Shown piece after piece: positions 7,720 through 15,714 of a stretch of 64,000 nt of DNA. The DNA is taken from positions 6,820 through 70,819 of the forward strand of contig DATLBC010000140.1 in NCBI GenBank assembly GCA_035527095.1. Direction: 5' to 3'. Each line of letters opens with the position of its first letter. The first letter of the stretch is position 1. A program made the translations under genes and the position numbers. Under the pieces are notes generated by a model, which did not search any database, was not told the origin of the DNA, and saw nothing but the letters and a program-made list of their open reading frames with translations. Source of the DNA: Ilumatobacteraceae bacterium. Lineage in GTDB: Bacteria; Actinomycetota; Acidimicrobiia; Acidimicrobiales; Ilumatobacteraceae.

Positions 7720-8539
7720 TCAGCGCTGGTGGTGACTCGTTCGGATGATGCAGGTCTGCTGGGCGGTCGACGCGGTCGACATCAGGCGTCCGTCCTGGCT
7801 CCACATCCTCAGCACGCCGTGGCCGATCGAGCGGTGGAAACGCTCGGGGATCGACTCCATCAGCACCCACTCAGTCGGCTCGGTATCGATGACACGCAAG
7901 GTGTTGTCGATGCTGGTCGCTCCCGGCATCGCACCCATCGCGGCGCCGTGCCCATGGGAATGATGTCAGCGGCGTATGCCTGCGACGCCGGCGTGCCAAT
8001 CTGGTAGCGACGATGCGGCACCAGATCGACAAGCTGGCGTGCTGCGGGTTGTCGACCGCCTCCATCCCGAAGGTTCCTGCAGCCAACCGGTGTTCCATCG
8101 TCCTGAAGAACGAGGTCGACAGATCCATCGCGAACGGGCCACCCATGTTCGGACAGTCATCCGGCCCCGAAATACCGGGCATCTGGACGAACTGCGCCGT
8201 GTCAACCCCAGGCCGGATCGTGTGAGCGCACATCGACGTGAAGACGGGTGCGCCATCGACGGTCGCAACGACTGGCGACTGGGACGTGACACGCCCCTCA
8301 GCGAGGACCGTGACCTGGAGTTCGACGGCGGAGCCAGGGGCCGGCGACCCGATGAACTGCGTCGTGATCCACTGCGGCGGTCGGTCGGTCGTGCGTTCCG
8401 CTGCTTCGATCGATGCGGCGATGCCACTGCCCCCGTAGAGGAACCCGGACGGCGTCGAGAGATCGGGACGAACAGCGAGTCGGTAGTGCCCGTCGCCTTC
8501 CGACTTCTGGAGATCGAGGAAGTCGAAGGTCGCCAGCAC
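7720..8539 (-). pseudogene. acyl-CoA thioesterase (double hot-dog, TesB-like) disrupted by two frameshifts
   Basis: The N-terminal 175 aa in frame A (8539 downward: MLATFDFLDLQKSEGDGHYRL…SLSIWCRIV) are sensible and then degrade to ATRLARRRRRH…. The continuation YQIGTPASQAYAADIIPMGTAP is in a second frame (about 8006..7941). The C-terminus MGAMPGATSIDNTLRVIDTEPTEWVLMES…GHGVLRMWSQDGRLMSTASTAQQTCIIR is in the third frame (7938..7720). Confidence 0.65.
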
Positions 8540-8562
8540 GAGCGGAGGGGTCAGTCGGCCGA

Positions 8563-8795
8563 GCCGTCACGGGCGAGGACGATCTCCCCGACACCGAGGA
8601 GGAATTGCTCGCCGACTCGTGCTCACCGAGCACGGAAGTCGAATCCGGCGCGACCGAGGAAATGGTCATCAACGTTCCTGCGGGGACCCATCAGATCATC
8701 TGCGCCATCGACACCCATTTCGATGCCGGCATGGAAGGCACGAAGCGGCGGGAATGCGCGGCGAGATCCGCACGCTCGAACACCGCGACACCTGA
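8563..8795 (+). pseudogene. relic of a third cupredoxin gene (3' half only, frameshifted, chimeric tail)
   Basis: …DDLPDTEEELLAD(frameshift)…EVESGATEEMVINVPAGTHQIICAIDTHFDAGMEG parallels gene 1 (ADLPATEEELLADFVLTETEVEPGETQDMVFNVPAGTYQIICAIETHFDAGMEG) at both DNA and protein level. After a +2 shift it continues HEAAGMRGEIRTLEHRDT*, resembling the gene 2 tail GHEAAGMTGEIHTPETHDST*. There is no N-terminal half and no start codon. Confidence 0.6.
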
Positions 8796-8828
8796 CTGCC
8801 CGCGGGCGCCGCCCGTACAGTTGGGTGG

Positions 8829-9437
8829 GTGACCATCGTGGCGATCGACGGGCCGACCGGCGTCGGGAAGAGCACCACCGCGCGTGCCCTGGCCGAACGA
8901 CTCGGAGCCGACCTCCTGCTCGACCCCGTCTCGGTCAGTCCACTACTCGACGACTACTACACCGGCGAGGCGGCGCCGGCGGCCGCACTCGACAGCGAAC
9001 TCGCGTTCCTGCACGGGCGGGCGCGCTTGATGGCCGACGTCGAGCCGGGCCGGTTGGTCGTCAGCGACTTCACGGTGATGCGCACCGCGCCCTTCGCCGA
9101 GTTCCTTCACGACCCTGCCGATCGCCGACGGGTGCTCGACGAGATGCGAGAGCTCCTGGTGATGCTGCCGCGGGTGGACGTCCTCGTCCTGCTCGATGCG
9201 GCACCGGAGGTCCTGCTCGGGCGCGTCCGAACCCGCGACCGCAGCGCCGAAGAGGCGCTGACGATCGAGCACCTCGTCGAGCTCCATCGCCACTTTCGTG
9301 CGTGGCGCTCCGAACTGACCGCGCACGCCGACTCGACACTGGAGATCGACACGACGGACTGGGACCCTCGTAGCAACAGCGACGTCGATGATCTCGTCAC
9401 ACGAGTCGCCTCCCTGCTCACCGTTCGCGGCACCTAG
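8829..9437 (+). CDS. deoxynucleoside kinase family protein
   Basis: GTG start. The P-loop is IAIDGPTGVGKST, and …LLLDAAPEVLLGRVRTRDRSAEE… is the dNK-type LID/R-rich region. Confidence 0.75.
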   Translation: MTIVAIDGPTGVGKSTTARALAERLGADLLLDPVSVSPLLDDYYTGEAAPAAALDSELAFLHGRARLMADVEPGRLVVSDFTVMRTAPFAEFLHDPADRRRVLDEMRELLVMLPRVDVLVLLDAAPEVLLGRVRTRDRSAEEALTIEHLVELHRHFRAWRSELTAHADSTLEIDTTDWDPRSNSDVDDLVTRVASLLTVRGT

Positions 9438-9448
9438 GGTCGTCGGCG

Positions 9449-10636
9449 ATGCGCATCGTCGACTGCACCACGTTCGTGATCGCCAACCCGCCGCCGCACT
9501 TCGGCGGGCGGTACTTCATCGTGGTGAAGCTGACGACCGACACCGGCGTCGTCGGCTACGGCGAGATCTACGTTGCGACGTTCGGCCCGCACACAGTGGC
9601 GGCGATGGTCGCCGATCTTGCCGATCGATGGGTGATCGACGCTGACCCCAACCGCATCGAGTTGCTCTGGCGGCAGATGTACTCGTCCGGTTATGCGCTG
9701 CGGCCAGACCCGACGCTGGTCGGGGTGATGAGCGGGATCGAGATGGCGTGCTGGGACATCGTCGGCAAGGACGCCGGCAAGCCGATCTACGACCTGCTCG
9801 GCGGGCGGGTACACGAACGGATCCGCACGTACACCTACCTGTACCCCGCCGACGGACTACCCGACGTCTACACCGACCCAAAGCAGGCTGCCGAGCAGGC
9901 GGCGTTCGAGGTGTCGCGTGGGTTCACCGCTGTGAAGTTCGACCCGGCAGGGCCGTACACGGCGTTCGACGGGCACCAGCCGAGCCTCGGCGACATCGAT
10001 CGATCGGTGACGATCACGGGCGCGATCCGTGAGGCGGTCGGGTCGCGGGCCGACCTGCTGTTCGGCACCCATGGACAGTTCACCGCCGCTGGCGCGATCC
10101 GGTTGGCGCAGCGGCTGGAGCAATTCGGCCCACTGTGGTTCGAGGAGCCGACGCAGCCCGACCAGCCCGAGGAGATGGCGCGGGTGGCGCGCCAGACGTC
10201 GATCCCCGTCGCCACCGGCGAGCGGTTGACGACGATCACCGAGTTCGCTGCGCTCGCGCGCCATCAGGCAGCGGCGATCTGGCAGCCGAACCTCGGGCGC
10301 TGCGGCGGGCTCTTGGCCGGCAAGAAGATCGCCGCGATCGCCGAGGCATCGGGGTGCCAGATCGCGCCGCACCTGTACTCAGGTCCGATCCTCGGCGCGG
10401 CCAACATCCAGCTGGCGGCGACGTTGCCCAACCTGCTGATCATGGAGGGGATCCAGGACTGGACCGGCTTCCACGCCGACCTGCTGACCACGCCGATCCG
10501 GTGGGAGGACGGCCACGTGATCCCGTCGGTCGAGCCCGGCCTCGGCGTCGAGTTGAACGAAGCGGTGGCGCTGGCCCATCCCTACCCCGACGACGACGAC
10601 CTCCACCTCTCGATGTCCACCGCCCCCGAGCGTTGA
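9449..10636 (+). CDS. enolase-superfamily enzyme (mandelate racemase/muconate lactonizing family, sugar-acid dehydratase-like)
   Basis: MRIVDCTTFVIANPPPHFGGRYFIVVKLTTDTGVVGYGE…SGIEMACWDIVGKDAGKPIYDLLGG…FGTHGQF…LWFEEP…PVATGERL…QPNLGRCGG… shows the typical MR/MLE N- and C-domain motifs. Confidence 0.9.
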   Translation: MRIVDCTTFVIANPPPHFGGRYFIVVKLTTDTGVVGYGEIYVATFGPHTVAAMVADLADRWVIDADPNRIELLWRQMYSSGYALRPDPTLVGVMSGIEMACWDIVGKDAGKPIYDLLGGRVHERIRTYTYLYPADGLPDVYTDPKQAAEQAAFEVSRGFTAVKFDPAGPYTAFDGHQPSLGDIDRSVTITGAIREAVGSRADLLFGTHGQFTAAGAIRLAQRLEQFGPLWFEEPTQPDQPEEMARVARQTSIPVATGERLTTITEFAALARHQAAAIWQPNLGRCGGLLAGKKIAAIAEASGCQIAPHLYSGPILGAANIQLAATLPNLLIMEGIQDWTGFHADLLTTPIRWEDGHVIPSVEPGLGVELNEAVALAHPYPDDDDLHLSMSTAPER

Positions 10637-10644
10637 GTGTGTCC

Positions 10645-10663
10645 ACTGGGGTCAGACCCCAGT
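10645..10663. terminator. bidirectional hairpin between convergent genes
   Basis: ACTGGGGT-CAG-ACCCCAGT is a perfect 8-bp stem lying between the stops at 10636 (+) and 10672 (-). Confidence 0.5.
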
Positions 10664-10671
10664 TGACACGG

Positions 10672-13600
10672 TCATCGGAAGTCGCGGGACTTCACGTTGG
10701 CGGGCATGGGGAGCGGGGCGAGGTGATCGGCGACGATGTTGACGACGCCTTCGGAACGCTCCAGGCGACCACGGATCAGCATCGCCGGTGCTTGCCGAGC
10801 GACCTTGCGGAACCTCGCCCAGCAGCCCTTCGAGATCACGACGTTGATCAGGCCCGTCTCGTCTTCGAGGTTGAGGAACGTGACCCCCTGCGCAGTCATC
10901 GGCCGCTGACGATGGGTGACCACACCGGCGACCTGCACGATCGAACCAGCTTCGGGATCCCACAGCTGCGACGACGTGAGTACACCGAGCCGGGTCAACT
11001 CGTCACGCACGAAGATCGTCGGATGACCGTCGGGCGACACACCGGTGGCCCACAGGTCGGCGACCGCTTCCTCGACCGGGGTCATCCCCGGCAGGCGCGG
11101 CGCGACGTCACCGGTGACCACACCTGGCAGGCGACCCGGCCGCGACTGGGCGGTGGCACCGACGGTCCACAGCGCCATGCGGCGATCGAGGTCGAAGCAC
11201 TCGCCGAACAACCCACCGGTCGCCATCGCCTCCAGCTGCACCAGCGTCAGCGACGGCACCCGGCGCACCAGGTCCTCGGTGTCGGTGAACAACCCGCCGG
11301 CCGTGCGCGTCGCCTCGATCTCGGCGGCCAGCTCCGAGCCGATCCCCCGCACCGAGCCGATCCCCAACCGGACCGCAACGCCGCCTTCTGAACCGTCACA
11401 CGGCTCCAGCGTCGCTCCCGCCAACGACGCGTTGAGGTCCGGCGTATGGACCACCACCCCATGACGACGGGCGTCGCGCACCAACGTGTGGGGCGACCAG
11501 AACCCCATCGGCTGCGCGTTGAGCAGTGCCGCGCAGAACGCTGCGGGCTCGTGATACTTGATCCACGACGACGCGTACACGAGGTAGGCGAAGCTCACCG
11601 AGTGTGATTCGGGGAAGCCGTAGTTGGCGAACGCCTTCATCTTCATGAAGAGCTCCTCGGCGATCTCCCCGGTGATGCCCCGCTCAGCCATCCCGGCGAA
11701 CAACCGCTCCTTCAAACGTTCCATCCGCGCCGCCGAACGCTTCGAGCCCATCGCCTGGCGGAGCTCATCGGACTGAGCTGCAGTGAACCCTGCCACGTCG
11801 ATCGCCATCTGCATCAGCTGCTCCTGGAACAGCGGCACCCCGAGCGTCTTGCCCAATGAGTTCTCGAGCAACGGATGCAGGTACGTGATCGGCTCGACAC
11901 CGTTGCGACGCCGGATGTAGGGGTGCACCGACCCGCCCTGGATCGGCCCCGGCCGGATCAGCGCCACCTCGACCACCAAATCGTAGAAACGGCGCGGCTT
12001 GAGCCGCGGCAGCGTCGCCATCTGCGCCCGCGACTCGATCTGGAACACGCCGACCGTGTCGGCACGGCACAGCATCCCGTAGACGTCGTCGTCCTGCGGA
12101 ATGGTCGCCAGATCGATCTGGTAGCCGCGGTGTTCCCGAACGAGATCGACTGCATAGTGCAGCGCCGACAGCATCCCGAGGCCGAGCAGGTCGAACTTGA
12201 CGAGGCCGGTTCGGGCGCAGTCGTCCTTGTCCCACTGCAGCACCGACCGCTTGTCCATCCGCCCCCACTCGACCGGGCACACCTCGATCACCGGCCGGTC
12301 GCAGATCACCATGCCACCGGAGTGGATCCCGAGGTGCCGTGGCGCGTCCTCGACCTCCAACGCCAGTTCCAGGACCGGCTCGGGGATCGAACAATCGGGC
12401 TGTGCAGCGGTCGACGCCACCCCGCCCCAGCCATCGACCTGCTTCGACCATGCGTCCTGCTGGCCGGGCTCGAATCCGAGCGCCTTGGCCATGTCGCGCA
12501 CCGCCGAACGTGCCCGATACGTGATCACGTTCGCGACCTGAGCCGTGTGATGGCGCCCGTAGCGCTCATACACGTACTGGATCACTTCCTCTCGCCGGCC
12601 GCTCTCGATGTCGACGTCGATGTCGGGCGGGCCGTCGCGTTCCGGCGACAGGAACCGTTCGAACAGCAGGCCGAGCGACACCGCATCTGCTGCCGTGACG
12701 CCGATCGCATAACAGACCGCCGAGTTGGCTGCACTCCCGCGCCCCTGGCAGAAGATGTTCGAGCGGCGACAGAACTCGACGATGTCCCACACGATCAAGA
12801 AGTACCCGGCGAAGTCGAGCTGTTCGATCAGCGCCAGTTCGTGGTCGATCGTCGTCCACGCCCGGGCCCGCAGCGACAGGTCGTCGGCATGCACCGGCCG
12901 TTCTCCATAGCGACGGCGGGCACCCTCCTCGGTCACCTGTCGCAGGTGCTGCATCTCGGTCATGGCCGAGCCGTCGGGATGACGGGGACACGGGAACGGC
13001 GGCAGCTTCGGAGCGACGAGCGACAGGTCGAACGCTGCCGCCCGGCCGATCTCGGCAGCCCGCTCGATCACGCCGGGGTAGCGCAGGAATCGCTTCGCCT
13101 GCTCGACCCCCGAGCGGAGGTGAGCACCGGCCGCCGCAGGGAGCCACGGGTCGATCTGGTCGAGGCTGCGTCGAGATCGCACCGCGGCGAGCGCGGTCGC
13201 CAGCCGACGTTGCGCCGGGGTGGCGTAGTGGACGTTGTTGGTCGCCACGCACTCGACGCGCTCGCGGTTGGCGATCTCGACGAGCGCGTCGTTGCGGGCG
13301 GAGTCGAGCGGGTCGCCGTGGTCCCACAATTCCACCAACACCCGGTCGCGCCCGAACGCGTCGACCAACCGGAGCAGCTCACGGCGAGCAGCCGCCGGAC
13401 CATCGGCGACCAACGATGCAGGCACCGCGCCCTTGCGGCAACCGGTGAGCACCCAGCCGTGCCCGGCAACGGCGTCGGCAACGTCACCGAACGTGAACTG
13501 CGGTGCCCCCTTCTCGCCGGCCAGATGTCCGTTGCTCAACGCCCGGGAGAGCCTGGCGTAGCCGTCGGGGCCGTCGGCAAGCGCGAGCAGGTGCGTACCG

Positions 13601-14115
13601 GACGGATCGGGCGCGTGCGAGTCCGGCACCATGCCGGTGTCGACCTGACGGAGTGTGTCGGCTTCCGACCGAGCGACGCGGGAGTTGCTCGGCGACTCGG
13701 CCGAGAGCGTGATCTCGGTGCCGAACACCGTTGGGAGGCCAACCGCCTTGGCCGCCTCGGCGAAGCGGACCACCCCGTAGAAGCCGTCGTGATCCGTGAT
13801 CGCCAACGCCTCCAGCCCAAGGCGAGCAGCCTCGGTCGCCAGCTCCTCGGGATGCGATGCCCCGTCGAGGAACGAGAAGTTCGAATGACAGTGGAGCTCG
13901 GCGTACGGAACCGTCGGCATCCGCACGGTGGGCTGCGTCAGGTCGGATGGTGTCTCGAATGGCTGGCGCTTCCGGCCCCATGCCGGGCCGTCACCCCCAG
14001 AGTTCCACGACGGACTCCCCGGAGCGCGCCCGTCTCGGCGTGCCCCTGCCGCCGGTTTGCCCGACAGCGTCGCTTCCAGTTCGCTCCACGTCCACGACGG
14101 GTTGTTGAACCCCAT
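10672..14115 (-). CDS. dnaE2: error-prone DNA polymerase III alpha subunit DnaE2 (ImuC)
   Basis: The ATG at 14115 gives MGFNNPSWTWSELEATLSG…YAELHCHSNFSFLDGASHPEELA… (PHP domain), followed by pol III alpha palm/fingers motifs and a C-terminal OB fold. A LexA box lies 10 nt upstream, and imuA'/imuB are nearby. Confidence 0.93.
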   Translation of the reverse strand: MGFNNPSWTWSELEATLSGKPAAGARRDGRAPGSPSWNSGGDGPAWGRKRQPFETPSDLTQPTVRMPTVPYAELHCHSNFSFLDGASHPEELATEAARLGLEALAITDHDGFYGVVRFAEAAKAVGLPTVFGTEITLSAESPSNSRVARSEADTLRQVDTGMVPDSHAPDPSGTHLLALADGPDGYARLSRALSNGHLAGEKGAPQFTFGDVADAVAGHGWVLTGCRKGAVPASLVADGPAAARRELLRLVDAFGRDRVLVELWDHGDPLDSARNDALVEIANRERVECVATNNVHYATPAQRRLATALAAVRSRRSLDQIDPWLPAAAGAHLRSGVEQAKRFLRYPGVIERAAEIGRAAAFDLSLVAPKLPPFPCPRHPDGSAMTEMQHLRQVTEEGARRRYGERPVHADDLSLRARAWTTIDHELALIEQLDFAGYFLIVWDIVEFCRRSNIFCQGRGSAANSAVCYAIGVTAADAVSLGLLFERFLSPERDGPPDIDVDIESGRREEVIQYVYERYGRHHTAQVANVITYRARSAVRDMAKALGFEPGQQDAWSKQVDGWGGVASTAAQPDCSIPEPVLELALEVEDAPRHLGIHSGGMVICDRPVIEVCPVEWGRMDKRSVLQWDKDDCARTGLVKFDLLGLGMLSALHYAVDLVREHRGYQIDLATIPQDDDVYGMLCRADTVGVFQIESRAQMATLPRLKPRRFYDLVVEVALIRPGPIQGGSVHPYIRRRNGVEPITYLHPLLENSLGKTLGVPLFQEQLMQMAIDVAGFTAAQSDELRQAMGSKRSAARMERLKERLFAGMAERGITGEIAEELFMKMKAFANYGFPESHSVSFAYLVYASSWIKYHEPAAFCAALLNAQPMGFWSPHTLVRDARRHGVVVHTPDLNASLAGATLEPCDGSEGGVAVRLGIGSVRGIGSELAAEIEATRTAGGLFTDTEDLVRRVPSLTLVQLEAMATGGLFGECFDLDRRMALWTVGATAQSRPGRLPGVVTGDVAPRLPGMTPVEEAVADLWATGVSPDGHPTIFVRDELTRLGVLTSSQLWDPEAGSIVQVAGVVTHRQRPMTAQGVTFLNLEDETGLINVVISKGCWARFRKVARQAPAMLIRGRLERSEGVVNIVADHLAPLPMPANVKSRDFR

Positions 14116-14125
14116 CCACCCAGTA

Positions 14126-14141
14126 TCGAACACATGTTCGC
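14126..14141. promoter_or_regulatory. LexA (SOS) box upstream of dnaE2
   Basis: TCGAAC-ACAT-GTTCGC is one mismatch from the actinobacterial consensus TCGAAC-N4-GTTCGA. It sits 10 nt from the dnaE2 ATG. Confidence 0.75.
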
Positions 14142-14175
14142 TTCTCCGCAACCCGCACTCTCCACCCCATCCCCG

Positions 14176-14223
14176 AAAAATGCGCAGGACCGGCGCAGGA
14201 GCGGGCAGATCTGCGCATGTTTT
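14176..14223 (-). terminator. intrinsic-terminator-like hairpin after the NUDIX gene, insulating the dnaE2 promoter
   Basis: On the minus strand: AAAAC-ATGCGCAG…(23-nt loop)…CTGCGCAT-TTTTC. The 8-bp arms are at 14211-14218 and 14180-14187, followed by a T-run. Confidence 0.45.
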
Positions 14224-14237
14224 GGGTTCGGTCCGGG

Positions 14238-14780
14238 TCAGGTGGCGAGAGCGAGCAGGATGCCGCGCAAGCCGGGATCCGCGCGGTCGATGGCCGCATC
14301 CCAGCTGAACCAGTCGATCTGCTGGCTCTCACCCTCGGGTGGATCCGGATCGGCGTCACCGCCCTCGATCAGATAGCGCAGATCGAGGTGCGTGTGTCCA
14401 CGACCACCCTCGTGCACATCGACGTGGATCAACTCAGGGACTCCAGCATCATCGACCGGGCCGGCAAAGCAGACCTCGAGACCCGTCTCCTCTCTGCTCT
14501 CACGCAGCGCAGCATCCCAGGGCGTTTCACCAGGGTCGATGTGCCCCCCTGGCTGCAACCAGATCCCGAGTCGCTTGTGTTCGAGCAGCACCACGCCCCG
14601 CCGCCCGACGACGATGCCCGATCCGGTCACGTGGACCGGATCGGCGTCGAGGTCGAGCGGTGCCTCCAACGCGTCGAACGCGTCGATGAACCGCTCGATC
14701 GAGAGAATCTCACGCTCATCGACTGCCTGACGAGCGACGACGTCGGCCCGAATTCGCTGATGGAGCTGGTCCGCGTGCAT
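14238..14780 (-). CDS. NUDIX hydrolase
   Basis: Nudix box: WLQPGGHIDPGETPWDAALRESREETGL. I chose ATG 14780; the longest ORF starts with TTG at 14807. Confidence 0.8.
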   Translation of the reverse strand: MHADQLHQRIRADVVARQAVDEREILSIERFIDAFDALEAPLDLDADPVHVTGSGIVVGRRGVVLLEHKRLGIWLQPGGHIDPGETPWDAALRESREETGLEVCFAGPVDDAGVPELIHVDVHEGGRGHTHLDLRYLIEGGDADPDPPEGESQQIDWFSWDAAIDRADPGLRGILLALAT

Positions 14781-14820
14781 CTCACAGATGTAGCAGGGCG
14801 AACGCAAATGACACCGATGT

Positions 14821-14840
14821 GATTTCTTTCGATTTCTTCT
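14821..14840. promoter_or_regulatory. tandem 10-bp direct repeat, candidate OmpR-family binding site
   Basis: GATTTCTTTC GATTTCTTCT share 9 of 10 positions with exactly 10-bp phasing. They lie in the AT-richer divergent region between the NUDIX gene and the response regulator gene, 83 nt upstream of ATG 14923. Confidence 0.3.
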
Positions 14841-14922
14841 TGAGTTCGTCAGGTTCCTGCCGATACCTCAACCAGGCATACGACTCACAACCCACCCATC
14901 GTGGCGAACTGGCGGACTACTC

Positions 14923-15690
14923 ATGGACAACGACATCAACATCGCACCTCGCATCCTGATCGCCGTCGACGATCCGGATCTGCGGCGAATCAGCGTCGCC
15001 GGGCTCCGGTCGGCCGGATTCAGCGTGAGTGCTCCAACCGACGGTGATGCAGCAATCATGCTCGCCGAGTCGTTCTCCCCCGACGTATTGATCGTCTCCT
15101 CCAACCTTCGCGCCCCTGACGGCCGCCCGCTGTACGAGCGCCTGCGCGACTCGAGCGAGCAGTATCTGCTGTGCATCACCGACGAAGGCGCCCACCGCAC
15201 TCGCGCCGCCATGCTGCACTCAGGCGCCGACGATGCGGTCTCGGTACCGGTGTCGCCCGACGAGCTGTCGGCTCGCTGTCATGCACTGCTGCGCCGCCCC
15301 CGCCAGATGCAGGGTCGTCCCGACACCGCCCTGTCCTCGGTACTCAACCTCGGACCACTCACGATCGACCTCGGCCGACGCGAGGTCCGCGTCGACGACG
15401 AGGAAGTCGCCACGACCCGCATCGAGTTCTCACTGCTCGAACAGCTCTGCCGCCGCCCGACCGAAGTGTGCACCAGGGAGGACCTCCTCGACGCCGTGTG
15501 GGGCCCGACCTGGGTGGGCGACAATCATGTCGTCGACGTGCACCTGTCGAACCTGCGCCGCAAGCTCGACAAGGCCGGCCCGGAGATCAAGGTGATCCAC
15601 ACGGTTCGCGGCGTCGGCTTCCGCCTGGCCAACGACGTGACCGATCAGCTCGAGATCTCGCACCCGTTCGGCCTCGCCGCCGTTGTCTGA
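14923..15690 (+). CDS. OmpR/PhoB-family response regulator with an atypical (non-phosphorylatable-looking) receiver domain
   Basis: The C-terminal winged helix reads …IEFSLLEQLCRRPTEVCTREDLLDAVWG…VVDVHLSNLRRKL…IHTVRGVGFRL. The receiver has the DD pair (ILIAVDDPD), but the acceptor position reads DVLIVSSNL (Ser instead of Asp) and the conserved Lys position reads VSVPVSP. Confidence 0.85.
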   Translation: MDNDINIAPRILIAVDDPDLRRISVAGLRSAGFSVSAPTDGDAAIMLAESFSPDVLIVSSNLRAPDGRPLYERLRDSSEQYLLCITDEGAHRTRAAMLHSGADDAVSVPVSPDELSARCHALLRRPRQMQGRPDTALSSVLNLGPLTIDLGRREVRVDDEEVATTRIEFSLLEQLCRRPTEVCTREDLLDAVWGPTWVGDNHVVDVHLSNLRRKLDKAGPEIKVIHTVRGVGFRLANDVTDQLEISHPFGLAAVV

Positions 15691-15714
15691 TGTGCACGGC
15701 TGGCACAGCCGCCG

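Noticed and set aside
7963-7965. In-frame TGA inside the thioesterase locus (…AGVAGIRR*HHSHG…), considered as a third possible Sec codon.
   Set aside because: The residues flanking it are not thioesterase-like. The conserved sequence at that point (YQIGTPASQAYAADIIPMGTAP) is in a different frame, so the stop is a by-product of frameshifts and not a recoding site.
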